This document shows, one piece after another, positions 12,339 to 26,614 of a stretch of DNA of 64,000 nucleotides (position 1 is its first letter; each line of letters opens with the position of its first letter). Source of the stretch: Octopus vulgaris (lineage: Eukaryota). The stretch is taken from NCBI GenBank assembly GCA_951406725.2, contig OX597833.1, positions 35,774,001 through 35,838,000 of the forward strand, given 5' to 3'. Both the position numbers and the translations under genes were made by a program. The notes under the pieces are model-generated. The model was not told the origin of the DNA and did not search any database. It worked only from the letters and a program-made list of their open reading frames with translations.

Positions 12339-12543
12339 TTGGTTTCAAATGTTGGCACTAGCACAGAAATTTCAGGGAAATTATATCGATTATATCGATC
12401 CCAGTGCTCAACTGCTACTTATTTCGTCGACCTCGAAAGAATAAAATTGGTTTTGGTGAAATTTGAACTTAGAACCTAGGGACAGTCGAAATGCCGCTAA
12501 GTATTTTGTCCGGTGTTAACGATTCTACCAGTTCGCCGCCCTG
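12339..12543 (-). mobile_element. Family A SINE with target-site duplication
   Basis: Minus-strand head ggcggcgaactggtagaatcgttaa, flanked on both sides by tttcagattaata. Confidence 0.85.
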
Positions 12544-14601
12544 TTTCAGATTAATACCATAAAGATTACAAAAGAAATATATTGAATGGTAAGATTTGAA
12601 CTTGAAGGTCCGTGTTGCAGATTCGATTTTCGGAAAGGGTTACTTCACTTCCATTTTAGAAGGATTCATATTTGGCATGTTTAAAAAATAACAAAGCTTG
12701 CAATTGAAGAATAACGATTGGTTGAAGCTGATCCGAGAAATTGAAGTCGACACCAAAAATGAAATATATGCCACATATCCATTACTCCCTCAATGATAAC
12801 ATCCAGTTACAAGATAATAAATTGAAAACTTAAACATAGACAGCTAAAACAAAACAAAGATTTAGATAAGACGTATGTGGCACATGATGTCAAATGCTTT
12901 CTAGCTTACATCACTAGGCGTACAGGAATTCTTACAGAACTACAGATATCCTATGTACCATCTACAATTAAGTAGGGTGGATATTGACGCCTACCTTTAA
13001 AGAAAACAAGACATCGTAAAAACAATAACACCAGAAAACGACAATGTTTATTAGAAAAAAACAAACAGTTTTATATGTCTAGAAGCAAAGAAATACTTAT
13101 AAGAAACAAGCATATCATTATCATCAACAACGCACAATAGACAGATCCATAAACAGACATACACGCACACTCGTACAAGTAGAAGCAAAATTACTAAAAA
13201 GTATAAGGCATAGACATACCACCAATAAAACGCATAAGAAAATAGAAACACAATTACCAAGCAACATAAATAGACCAGACACGAAAAGGCAAAATGGGAA
13301 GCATGATTACTACATGATGAGAATTTTGAAATGACAGACAAGATTGTGTGTGACAATGCGCACATCATTGATAACTGAACAACTCTGACCTAAAAGAACT
13401 TATAAAATCTATCGAGTATCAAAACTTCTCAACAAAACGCACGTACAGATCTGTGTGTATGTATGTGTACAAAAACACTCCATACATATAGAATAAATTT
13501 TGAGTCACATGTGCTACCAATATGAGACGGCAAAAACATAGTGTTTTGGCAGCGTAGTCAAGTTTAAATGGCATCGCAGAAATGACAGAATGGCTAGCTA
13601 GCTCAACCGGAAAGTATGCAGACAGCTGAACATGAAAATGTAAGCGAAATGGTATTTATTTAATGCTGAGCCAATAGCAGAAATGTGTAAGGCAACTTTC
13701 CTCTGCAACACGTAGATTCGTAGAGTGAAGGAAGTGAGAGTTTATCACCAAGTAATTATCTTCAAAGACAAATATTCCAACAGCTCATTCTGTTCAGCAA
13801 AATTTCCCATTAGATACCAATGAACACAAAGTCCATCCCCTCTTCACCGTGGTGGGGATGCTGGCAACGGGTCGTGTCAGAGCTATTCACGGTGGAGTCA
13901 CCCAAGGCGGATTGATCTGACACCGAGTGGTATTAGGACCACAACCCGGCAGACGGGGCTCTGGTGAAAATCCTCGGAGTGTCTGCTTCGGCAACAGCCG
14001 GCTCCTCGGTCGTTCTGTCCCTGCGTCTGCGGACAATCTGCGACAAATAGGATGTCTCCACATGCGGGATTATTGGGGACCGATTGTGAAATCCACATAT
14101 TCCCACGAAACTTCTTCCATGAGTAGAAGAAGCTGACTCAACCCGCCCAGGGTGAATGACGCCACAAGTACAAGTAAGTAAGTAGTTGCACGGTGGCATG
14201 GAAATAAAGAAACATATTTTTATAGCAGGGAAATGAAAGATAGCCTACTAGAGACAAAAATTAATTACGAATACCTTGGTGTAAATTATATTAAAGATTA
14301 TAAAACGCAATCTGACAAAGAAAACAGAAACAAGAGATTAAAAATGGAGTTTCTATGGGAGTTCGGTAAGTTCAATTGCCGCTAGGGATGGAGAATCTAA
14401 TGCTTTGTACAATTGTCTTTTTTCACAGAGCGAGGAAGAGAGGGAGGGAGAGAGAGAGGAGGGGGGGGGGGAGAAATGTGTTGTAATTTGGATTGTAGGC
14501 GAGTAGAGAATTGAATATTATCACTCGGGTTGTGAACAAGAATGAAAACTTAAGATTGTAAAGATAGGGTAACAGAAAACAAAAATTATATCCCCAAGTT
14601 A

Positions 14602-15532
14602 TGTTAGGCTGGAAGGAAAGACACTGCATGCTGTATGAATTCAAATGGGAATCTTTAGGAACTTTAAGTGTCCAGAGAAGCTAATGATGGTTTGAACAGC
14701 TTTGCACGAGACACTTTCTCTTGTAGATCCCCCTCGATGTGGACGACTAAGTTCTCTCAATATTGAGCGTCTGGAAACTATAGTTCAGGAACATCCAACT
14801 GCACGAGAGTTAGCATAGCAGTTCATTTCAAGTCACACTTCGATTATAAAATACCTTAATGAAATAGAACAAAATGACCAAACTTAATCAGTGGGTCCTT
14901 CGACCTCTGAATGCTTTTTAGCTAAATGAGAAAGTTATCCTCTGCTCATCATTTACAAGTAGACTTGTTATCGAACCTTTCCTGCGTAGAATCATCACAG
15001 GCAACGAAAATAGGTCCTCTATAATCATGTTCAATGAAAATGACAATGATTAGCTTCCAATGAAGAAAGGATACTTCTCTAAACCAAGACTTTTGAAAAA
15101 AGGTTATGCTTTGAATTATTGGGATATAAAGGCAGTTGTCTATCACGAAGTGTTAAACCAGAACGAAACGATTAAGACGGGTAAGATATTGAACAAATCA
15201 CTCGCAAGAAGATTATGGCACTAAATGTGGGAGTTTTGCCTTATCCTCCTTCCTGTCACCATCAAACTTATTACCTTTTCAGATTATTGTAACATTATTC
15301 ATAATGAAGTCAGTTTATTAAGTGTGAAGACGTTATAATAAATATTGAGTATTTCGTTGTTTCGGAACTTGAAGAAGCTTACTTCTGAAGAATCAACAAT
15401 TTGCCAAATAGGTAGAATTATGCTATCGCTAATAAAGAGAAATATAATATTGATTAAATACAACAATTAAGATCAAAGTTTTCTTTCCTTTTCATTTTAA
15501 AATGTGCCAGTACTTTCCAATTTAACTGAATA
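14602..15532 (+). mobile_element. Decayed mariner transposon
   Basis: HCMLYEF, DPPRCGR, KLNQWVLRPL (WVPHEL-like), IITGNE (D of the DD34D triad decayed) and VLPYPP...YYLFR (YSPDLAPSD region). TIR-like left end tgttaggctggaaggaaag. Confidence 0.85.
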
Positions 15533-16059
15533 GGTTATGACAGACGCTCTAAGAATTTTATCGGTAACTTGGACAATACCGAGAAAGGTCACTCAACTGA
15601 ATGATTAGCATAAACTCACTCGCTCACCCATATTGTGTGCAACCTTCAGTCTAACAACTACACGTATTCATTCAACTCCAGAACGTGATGTCCCTCTCCT
15701 TGCTGATATTTTTTCTCAAGGTGATCCCTTCAGCAGAAAGTCAACGGTATTAATCTTCCCGATCTTACAGTGCCGGGGAACACTGGGAGGACATGCAAAA
15801 CAAAAAAAGAAAGAGAAAACACAAGTAATCCACAGGAAATTCGGATCTTCCCGTTGTGGGCTGGTTGAAGTTTGGGATCTCAATTTGGAGCTTATAGTCT
15901 ATAATGTATTAGTAGGGTTACATTGAAGTGTATGCACAATGTGATTTAGATAAAACTTATTTATCACTGCTGAAATACAACTGGAAAATAACCGTCTAAA
16001 ATTAACAGATCGTATATTGAGTTTATCTTGTTTGGAAACACAAACGTTCGGCGGTTCAT

Positions 16060-16113
<54 letters not shown>

Positions 16114-17739
16114 TCCGCTAGAATGGGAGAAAGCGCTAATATATGATATATGATATAAGTTATATGATGTATAAAAACATGTAATATAAAACCATACCTC
16201 ATTTCTTCTAATATAAAATACCTGTACATCATCTCCAAATCTTCTAATATATATATATATATATATATATCTGTGTGCTTGTCTGTGTGTGTTTGTGTCT
16301 TTGTTTGTCCACCACTGAATGACAACTGAATATTCTTAGGTCCCTGTAACTAAGTTGTTCGGATAGAATTAGTACTAGTAGGATCGATCGTAGGACCTTT
16401 TACCAGTTAATATTTTTAACAGGTTTTAATTGTTGACATTTTGTTAAATAGCATTTCTTTAAGTCACCAGGACTTAAAGGGCTGGTTGGTTTAAAAGACA
16501 GGTTGGCTTTGTCTTTTCTTGCGCCTTTGGAACTCAAATTTCTTAGCTAAATTGTCACATTTTGTTTTGAAAAACATATTTTGTTGCAAATGTAGGATCC
16601 GGTTCAAAAGCCAGCAAACTGAAGAGAGAAGTAGGAGATTCGCAGAGAGGTGCAGTACGTGTGACAATATCTTCGCTTTTCTCGCGGGTGGAATGGAGAA
16701 GAACGTTTTTCAAGAGCTGACAAGTCAAAGTCCGAATAATTTCACCTTTAATCTCGAGACAACCAACAACAACAGCAACAGCAACAACGGCAAAACAACA
16801 ACAGCAGCAACAACAGCAATGGCACTAAGGGTAACAATAGCAACATCAGCAATAACGGCAGCAATAGGAGCAGAGACAAGAGAAGAAGCTTCAACAGCTG
16901 TCGTCGGATCGACAGAAGTAGTAGCAAACGCTGTAGAAAGAACAACAGCAGTATCATCAACAACATCAGCATGAAATACGTCAGCAATAGCGACTGAGTT
17001 GGCGGGACGCAATGGCTGTAACAAAATAGAAGCCACCCAGTGAATATCCCAACACTCTCTTAACCTGGACCTAATTTCTCTCCTCTTACTTGCACAAAGA
17101 CACACACACACACACACACAAACGGTCTCTTGTACCCAATTCCGAGTTTGAGTCGTTCGATTACATCTCTGGTAATGAGGAGGGGAACCAAGAAAATCAA
17201 AATACTAAATATACTGAATGAAAAACAAAAGGAACAAAACAAAACAATACCAACTCCACACCAAGCCCAACCAACTCGAAACCCACATGTGTACTAGCGC
17301 CACTACCACCTCCATTAATAGCAGCAAAAGGAAAACTCACAAACGAAACAGCAACGAATACACAAGAGAAAATCCACCAGACAAATATACAAGTCCTACA
17401 ACCGGGACAAAAACAATACCGAATAAATAAACATCTCCACCCATTTACAACTTTGTGCTAGTATCAAGAAAAAAAACAGTGAATTGCTATCTTTCATAGT
17501 ACAATGTGGAGACATAGGGACTAATATATAAATAAATATAAGGAAATGAAAGAGACAATTCCCCACACGACGTTGGGAATATCAGCATCACAGCCTTGAA
17601 TACACTTCTTAATGATTTCCCTAAGAAAAACTACTCAGAGACAGGATTTTCATATACCCGATTGCCTATACTTTTTCAATACTTACGGATGAGTGAGCAT
17701 TATTTTTTTTTACATTCTAATGTTTTCTTTTGCAGTCTT

Positions 17740-18852
17740 TGCAAATTAGTCTAACCAAAGTGGTTAAATTTTTTATCGATTTTACCCCTTCTAAAATGAA
17801 TTTTTCTGAGACACATATCAGACACTGCATGCTGAATGAATTCTAAGGGAGCTTTTCAGCAATAGAAGCGACAAAACGTATTCGTTCTGTCTTTGGAAAT
17901 GAATATTTAAGTCAGTGCTTCTCAACCGGACTCTATATGATCTCTAGGAGTCCATATAAGATTTTTGGGTGTTCACGCAAGTAGAATAGTAAAATGGGGA
18001 CCCAGCGTAGTATATTAAGGGTCCATGAAAAACATTTCCTTTAGATGTATTTATTGCAAAAAAACATCCAGGTTTCTTTCTCTAACGTTTTATATAGTTC
18101 AACCTACGAAGGTTAACGTTTGAAAAACAAAACAGGAATGTTGGAATAAGTATGAATGAAACTAGTTTTTAAATACCGAGAGACTATGGAAGTCTACTAG
18201 AGTAAAATAATGATCAGAGGAGGCCATAGGTAAAAGATGTTTGAGAACCATTGAATTAAATGTCTAAACACACCAACGATGGTTTGGCCAGGCTCGCCCG
18301 GAAAAAAATTTCTTACAAATCCCCATCAATCTGCCTGCCAATAAGTTTCTGAAAGCCATTGTTAAGGAAAATCTAAAGCAAGCAACATGAGGATTAATAA
18401 AAGCGAAAACGACAATAGATAGCAGCCAACGTAAAAGCAGAATACATACCCAAACAAGATGCTAAAACAAGACGAAATAGTGAATGCGGATAAGTATTGT
18501 CAATTGAAAGCATTGCACAAAATTTGCAGAAAAAGCCTCAATCATTTGTCAGTCGTAAAGAGCTGTCTCTCTTATACGATAATGAAAGACCATACTTTGC
18601 CCGGAAGTTTTGCCTTATCCACCTTACTTCGCTGACCTTGATGTATCTGACGATCATCTTCTTAGGTCATTGCAACATTATTTAGCATGAAACCAGTTTA
18701 TCAATTGCAAAAATGGTATTGAGTATTTCTTTGCTACGAAATATGAACAATTTTATACCCGAGGGATCAACAATTTGTGAATTAAATGAAATTATTCTAT
18801 TAATAATTTTCCCAATCTTTAATTACGACAGAATTTTGCTTTCAGCCTAATA
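17740..18852 (+). mobile_element. Decayed mariner transposon (same family as 14602), split by a MITE
   Basis: HIRHCMLNEF, QRWF, LLYDNERPY (HDNARPH-like) and VLPYPPYFADLDVSDDHLLRSLQH. Right end tttcagcctaata. Confidence 0.85.
17912..18253. mobile_element. hAT-type MITE inserted in the mariner relic
   Basis: TIRs cagtgcttctcaac and tttgagaaccattg, with internal gggtcc-type subterminal motifs. Confidence 0.8.
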
Positions 18853-19140
18853 TATCTACGGTATATCTATTATAACAAAGGTTAAAAATCATTATTGATT
18901 TTACCAGTGGATCAACGCAGAAATAAAAACCTTATACGTAAATTTTACAAATATTTTAATAATTATATACATGATTATTAAAAGACGGTGTATCTATATA
19001 TACGCAATATGCTCATATAAATACACACATTTATATATATGTGTGTGCTTGTGTGTGTATATGTGTGTGTGTGTATAATGTTAATTTTATATGCCATTTG
19101 TATGCATGACACTATATATGTCTGTGCGTCGATATGTAAA

Positions 19141-20060
19141 TAGAAGGGTCGTCCCCAAATCTTATGCAAATATGAGCAGAACCCATATTGTGTGACGAAG
19201 GTCATTCCAAGAGTACATGCTTGTTGAGTAACTCTTTCTCTATACACAGATATTACCATATTCTCCATTACAAGCGATGCACTTACGCCAAAGTTGAACC
19301 CAACCTTTAGATCTTCGTTGTCATAATTAGGGTATGCACTATTTTGCTAACTTCTCCACAGCCATTTTGGCATCGTCTGTGTCATCAAATCCTCGTCTTC
19401 CACAATTTTTTTTCAGTTCATCGAACAAACGAAAATCGAAATGGGACAAACCAGGTTGCACGTCGACTAAGGGAACAATTCGCTGATTACTTGATCCTTG
19501 CAAAAGATGTCGTCACACACCGTTATGGTGAATGTGAAACGTTTCCAAATTCTTCTTTGGTCTCTTTCACTTAATGCCGTCACTGAGGTTTTTATGTGTC
19601 TCAATATACACCTGTTCACGTTACAAACGAAAATCACGGAAAATGTCGCTTTTGCCATCCCAAAGAACAGTCACTGTGACTTTGAGCCCATCGCTGGCTC
19701 TTGAAATTCTCAGGCTTCGGAGAAGATGTATGCCACCTCACTAAGAACCAAATCTCCTTTTCCAAAATATAGGCTATCCGACAAATAGATGCGTCCATCT
19801 TGTTGGCTGTAGCGTAATTTCAGTAACAACTTGCAGCTTTCTGCGGATATCGAACAGTCTGCATCCTTTCTTCGCCAAGAGATCAATGGCGATTTATTGC
19901 TTCTGCTTCCAGCCCATCATTTTCCTACAAAGAAGAGCAGAAAGATTTGTTATAAAGAAAGTGCCACCATTCTATTAACATAATCAATTTTAACGACCTA
20001 TGTTAACCAATAGAAAAGTTATGCCTACTATTTTGTATTACTTTCGGGGCAATGTTCTCA
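19141..20060 (-). mobile_element. Decayed mariner-like element (second family) with both TIRs
   Basis: TIR-like tagaagggtcgtccccaaatcttatgca and tgtattactttcggggcaatgttctca. The minus-strand N-terminus MMGWKQKQ*IAIDLLAKKGCRLFDIRRKLQVV resembles a mariner HTH. Confidence 0.65.
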
Positions 20061-20063
20061 TTT

Positions 20064-20240
<177 letters not shown>

Positions 20241-20707
20241 TATTAACAAAAATACAGAAAATGCATTTGGCATATCAGTCTTTATAAAAGAATTCTCCAC
20301 ACGTTTCAGAACTGAACTGACAAAATTACACAATCTTACCATTCTATCATTGCCAGTGTTTTCAGAGAAATATACAAAATATAGGGTTTTAGTTATATAC
20401 CATACTTATGCAAATTACTCACAATACAGAACACATCATGACAAAGTCCTAAGTAGTTGGATGGAGAAAATAGAAGATAGAAAGTTCGATACGAAAAGGG
20501 TGCTGAAGGCCACTGAGGTTGACATAGATACACACAAGTACTCACAACGGGTCACGTATATACACAATACAGAGGAGAAAAAGAAAAGATAACCAACAGT
20601 AACGTAAACTCAATAGCAATGTGAGCAACAATAACAACAATTATCAGCCACAACAACAGCAACAATGATAACAAACATAGCAATAATATCAGCTACACTT
20701 ATGCATC

Positions 20708-21139
20708 GTGGAGGTACATGGCCTAGTGGTTAAAGCAGCGGACTTGCGGGTTGAAGGATCGCGAGTTCACATCTCAGACCGGGCGATGTGTGTGTTTATG
20801 AGCGAAACACCTAAGCTCCACGCGGCTCCGGCAGAATGGCCTAGTGGTTAAAGTAGCGGACTTGCGGGTTGAAGGATCGCGAGTTCGCATCTCAGACCGG
20901 GCGATGTGTGTGTTTATGAGCGAAACAACTAAGCTTCACGCGGCTCCGGCAGAAGATAATGGCGAACCTGCTGACTCTTTTGCCACAACTTTCTCTCACT
21001 CTTTCTTCCTGCATCTAGCAGCTCACCTGCGACAGACTGTCGTCCCGTTCAGGTGAGGAACCTATACGCCAAGGAAACCGGGAAATCTGCCTTTATGAGA
21101 CAGGCACGGCTCGAGAAGGAACAAACAGCAACAAAGCAA
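20708..21139 (+). mobile_element. tRNA-derived SINE with a tandemly duplicated ~118-bp head
   Basis: tggcctagtggttaaag...cggctccggcagaa occurs twice. TSD ttatgcatc at 20699-20707 and 21140-21148. Confidence 0.9.
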
Positions 21140-21638
21140 TTATGCATCAGACATGAAGAGAATTAGCAGTCACTTCCTTTGACAAATTTATAAAGTCAAT
21201 TTCAAATAAGATGCTTTTGTTGTCGTTGTCGTCTTCGTTCTTGCTAAAATTGTTCTTGCGATTTTGGTTGTTATTGTTAATTCTTGCTATTAAGCTACGT
21301 CTCCCCTGGGTTATAGCTTTTCTGCTCTTTTTTCTATTGTGTATAAATAAATACAACCGTCTGCACATAAATACGAATGTGTATCTATGTCTGCCTAAGC
21401 ATGTAAGAGAGAACGTGGCCTCGAGCACTCCTCTCGCATCGACCTTTCTATTTTCTGTTTATACCATCCAATTATTTAGCACTCAGTCACCCGGTATTTT
21501 ACTACTTCATTGATGATGTTGGAAATTTGCATAAATGAGATATATATACTGAGCAAACTTAACACTCTGATTTGTATTTTCTATTTTGTGTGAAAATACT
21601 GACGAGATGTACATGTAATATTGCTCAATGTAAGTGTG

Positions 21639-21674
<36 letters not shown>

Positions 21675-21865
21675 CATATATTTATATATATACATACATA
21701 TATATATATATCCATACATATACACATATACATACGTGTATACATATATACATATATACATATGCATATGTGTATATATATATATATGTATATGTGTGTA
21801 TATGTATATACATATATATATGTATATATATATGTATGTATATATGTATGTATATATGTATATGT

Positions 21866-21911
<46 letters not shown>

Positions 21912-21937
21912 CATATACATATACATACACATAGTAA

Positions 21938-22275
21938 AGGCGCATGGCTCAGTGGTTAGAGCGTCGAGCTCACGATCCTGAGGTTGTGAGTTCGAATACC
22001 GGACCGGGCTGTGTGTTGTGTTCTTGAGCAAGACACTTTATTATTTCACGTTGCTCCAGTTCACACAGCTGTAGAAATGAGTTGTGACGTCACCGGTGCC
22101 AAGCTGTATCGGCCTTTGACTTTCCCTTGGATAACACTGGTGACGTGGGAGAGGGGAGGTCGGTATGCCTGGGCGAATGCTGGTCTTCCATAAACAACCT
22201 TGCCCGGACTTGTGCCTGGGAGGGCAACTTTCTAGGTGTAATCCCACGGTCAGTCATGACCGAAGGGTGGGGGGA
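21938..22275 (+). mobile_element. Full-length SINE family C (tRNA head plus CORE-like domain)
   Basis: A box tggctcagtgg, B box gagttcgaatacc, then gttgtgttcttgagcaagacact. Confidence 0.9.
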
Positions 22276-22308
22276 TGTCTCAGCAGCAATACATAGATAT
22301 ATGTATGC

Positions 22309-22352
<44 letters not shown>

Positions 22353-22864
22353 CATACACACACGCACATATATGAATACATATATATGTGTGTGTGTGTG
22401 TGTGTGTGTACGCGCGTATTTTTGAGTGTGCGTACGACTAAGTGTATTATATTATCATATATGACTATATTTGTGCAATTGTATATCCCGAAACTCAGCT
22501 CTGGGTTGTTTATAACCGAAAATTTTACAACCCAATTGAGTCGATTATATAACAGCCATACTTTTGACAAGTATTATGTTATTAATATGCTAGTTAACAC
22601 CTGAGGTAAATGTTATCGAGAAGGGCCCTCTTCTCCCCAAATTTCAGGGCCTGTACGTATAGTAAAAAAGAATTATTTTATTACCCTCCCACCCAACAAA
22701 CACACACACTCACGCGCACGCACACAGGCAGGAACCGATTATATCGATAGACACAATTGAATATCAATACACACACATATATAAATACATACATAAATAT
22801 ATATATACATACATATATGTGTGTGTATATGTATGTATGTATGTATGTATGCATGCGTGCATGT

Positions 22865-22940
<76 letters not shown>

Positions 22941-23124
22941 GTACTTCGAAACGCAGAGTAGACGAAAGAGGGACAACTGAAGAAGGGGAATATTCCTTGT
23001 GTTGCATGTCGTGTACTTTTTCATGTCCTGTACCCATATATGCATGTATATATGCATATAGATGTAGGTATGTACATATATGCATGTATATATACATATA
23101 TTTATATATTATTTATATTATTAT

Positions 23125-23182
<58 letters not shown>

Positions 23183-23685
23183 CAATTGAGGGAGAGGGAT
23201 AAAAAGAAAAGTGGAAAGTGGGTGTGGCAAGTTTTGAAAAAATTCTCTTCTATTGAAAAGCGAAAGATAGGTTTTCTCACATTTCAATGGCAGAGAATGA
23301 GAAAGCATGGAAGGAGCAATAAAGAGAAAGAGAGGGGGTGGGAGAGAATAGTTAAGAAAGAATAAGTTAGCGTAATATAGAGTAAGCTATAGAAATATAG
23401 AAATATAATTTGAAAGGGAAAGAGGGAGAGTGAGAGAAAGCGGGGGAGAGACAGAGAGGTGAGTAGAAGGTAGGAATAGGAAAGTGTGTAACCTAAACTT
23501 TTAACAGACACCGACAATGTTGATGACTATATTTGAATAAAGTATTTATGATAAAAGCAGATAAAAAAGAATGATGGTGGGGTGGAGGAGGAAGAGGAGG
23601 GGGAATGAGGAAGATTTGGAGGAAGAGAAGGAGGAGACAAGGAAAGAAGAGAAGGATGGGTGAGAAGGAAAGGGATGTGGAGGAC

Positions 23686-23717
<32 letters not shown>

Positions 23718-24059
23718 AAGAAGAAGAAGAAGAAGAAGAGGGAAAATTGTTATTGTAATCGTCGTATTTTTTGTTTTTACTATTTTCATTTAACGCATCA
23801 GACACAAATACAAACATACCTACACACACTCACACGCACACACAGCTACATATTAGCAAACACGCATATAAACGCAGACACACATGTATAGACAGGGGGG
23901 ATGAGATAAGCAGACACAATGATATATATATATATATATATATATATACACTCACACATGCACAGAGGTGCACATATACAGTCATTCAGGCGGACAGACA
24001 TATACATGCATCCATACAACCATCAATTCATATACTCATATATCCATTCATTCTCACAT

Positions 24060-24460
24060 ACATACACACACATACATACATACATACATACACACACATA
24101 CATACATACATACATACATACATACATACATACATACATACAATCGTACACACATTCATACATTCACACATATATTCAAACATACAATCATACATACATA
24201 TATACATACATACATAGATACATACATGCATACATGCATGCAGACATGCATACACACATACATACAATTTACATACATACATACATACATACATGCATAC
24301 ATATATACATACATACATACATACATTCATACATACATACATACATACATGCATACATATATACATACATTCATACATACATTCAGACATACATACATTC
24401 AGACATACATACATTCATACATACATACATTCATACATACATACATGCATACATACATAC
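24060..24460. repeat. (CATA)n tetranucleotide array
   Basis: Directly visible. Confidence 0.95.
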
Positions 24461-24886
24461 CGGAAGATACATCACACATGCTCATACGTATATTACATAA
24501 TACATAAACTCACTCATACTCAATCATGTATACATACAGATACATAACATACACGCACGCACGCACACACACACACACACACACATAGTAAGAATAAGAA
24601 TAGAGGATCTATAAAAGATGGAGAGGAAGAAGACATGAAGAAGTAAGACGAAATTGGGAGAGAGAGAGAGAGAGGGAGAGAGAATGAAATAGTAAAGAAT
24701 CAAGGAATGTGTAGAGAGACACGCCACTAAAGTTAGACGGGGTGGGAGGGAAAAGAGAGTGGAAGAAAACAAAGCGTGATAGGCGAGGGGGAGAGAGAGA
24801 GTAGAAAGAGAGAGAGAGGTAGAATGGAAAGAGAAAGGCAAAGTATTGCAAGGAAAGTGAAGGAATTGGTGGCGGTGGCGGTAGAC

Positions 24887-24953
<67 letters not shown>

Positions 24954-24981
24954 GGTGGTGGTGGTGGTGGTGGTGGTGGTG

Positions 24982-25058
<77 letters not shown>
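24887..25058. repeat. Compound microsatellite (TAG)n(TGG)n(TAG)n
   Basis: Directly visible. Confidence 0.95.
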
Positions 25059-25059
<1 letters not shown>

Positions 25060-25336
25060 AGTCAGGGAAAGACAGCGAAGAAAACATGAGAAAATAACTG
25101 AAGACGGAGAATGCGTTTATGAGAGAGTAAGAAACCGTCCGAGTAAGAGAGAGGGGGAGAGAGAGAGAGAGAGAGAGATAGAGAGGGGAAAAGAGAGAGT
25201 AAGAGAGAGAGGGAGAGAGAGAAGAGAGGAGAGGGAGGGAAGGAGGGAGAGAGGGGGAGAGAGAGTAGGACAGACAGACAGACAGTAAGAAAGAAAGAAA
25301 CAAACAAAGAAAAAGAAACAAAGAAACAAAGAAACA

Positions 25337-25443
<107 letters not shown>

Positions 25444-25628
25444 GATGGAAGTGACTAGAGGAGAGGTGTGAGTGAGAGGAATTTAAGTTGTGTAAATCCT
25501 ATTAAGAATTAAACAGAGAACATAGCCAAGTACTTTGGCTGTTGTTTCTTCTCTGCGATGGCTTCTCCTAACAGAGACGCACTATTTCACTAGACAAGAC
25601 AGACAAACGTTGCCAGACATTCTTGTCT

Positions 25629-25727
25629 CCGCCCACCAGTCGCTAACTGAGGAATTATCACGCAAGTGTCAGTGTTTGTCGCTAGGTGGCAGCACACGAT
25701 AGATGCCAGTTACTTTGCAAAATGGCG
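25629..25727 (+). promoter_or_regulatory. Candidate regulatory element with GC box, CTCF-like motif and YY1 motif
   Basis: ccgcccacc at 25629-25637, gtcgctaggtggcagcac at 25678-25695 (close to the CTCF consensus), and caaaatggcg at 25718-25727. Confidence 0.45.
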
Positions 25728-25799
25728 CTGAATATTTTTTTTTGTTTCTGTTTTTGTTTTATTTTTATTTTTAATGTTTTCATCATAATCGTATTCAGT

Positions 25800-26460
25800 C
25801 GTAGTCTAGCTGTCTGGCTGGTTGCCTGTCTGCCCAGTTAGTCGGCCGGTTGAATGGTCGGCTGACTGGCTGGTTAGTCGGCTGGTCGATCGGTCGGTTG
25901 GCCGGCTGGTTGGATGGATGGTTGGCTAGACGGTTAGCTTGTTGGTTGGTTGGTTGGCTGGTTGGATTGAAGATTTGACGGTTAGATGGTTAACTGGTTG
26001 GTTCAACGGTTAACTAGCTGGTTGGCTTGTTGACAAGTATGCTGGCTGGCGGTCTGGCTGTCTGGTTCGTTTGATGGTTGCGTTGTTAGTTTGCTGACTG
26101 GCTGTTTAGTTCGTTGGTTTGATGGATTGATAGTTGGCTCTGATTATTTAACTGATTTAACGTTTGTCTAACTGACTAGCTCGTTGGTAAGTTTGATGGC
26201 TTGTCTAGCAGATTGGTAAGTTTAATGTTTTTTTGTCTTTTACGTTGGTTGTCAGGGTTAATCACTGAACGACTGGCTGGTTGGCGGGCCCGATGGTCGG
26301 TACGATGATTTAATGGTTGGTTGGAAAACTTGCTGGCTGAGTAGTTCGATAGCCGTCTGATTGTAGGGCTTATCTGGCTTCTTCAATGACATGCAGACTA
26401 CAGGCAACAGACAAGCTGGTTGGATGGCTTGCTGGCTGGTCGTCTCGTTGATCGTCTGGC
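25800..26460. repeat. Degenerate (GGTT/GGCT)n tetranucleotide array
   Basis: Directly visible. Confidence 0.85.
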
Positions 26461-26614
26461 ATTCCAAAATAAGAAAATCAAACTGAAAGAAGCAAGCCTT
26501 ACGGTATTTAGTTGGGTGTTTTATCTCTTATAGTTTTGGTTCTTCGTGTTCAGGGTTCAAATCATGTCAGATCCAACTTTACTTTTTAAGTATTCTGTGA
26601 TTGAGGAAATAAAT

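Noticed and set aside
12550-12588. Exon-like tttcAG...atg|GTAAGA
   Set aside because: The acceptor is part of a SINE target-site duplication and lacks a proper pyrimidine tract.
16519-16974. 151-aa + strand ORF
   Set aside because: Its second half is CAA/CAG low-complexity sequence, it has no ATG start, and no domain is recognisable.
21938-22010. tRNA-like sequence with A and B boxes (also at 20710, 32565 and 60283)
   Set aside because: These are SINE heads or degenerate tRNA-like pieces with no complete cloverleaf, so they are not tRNA genes.
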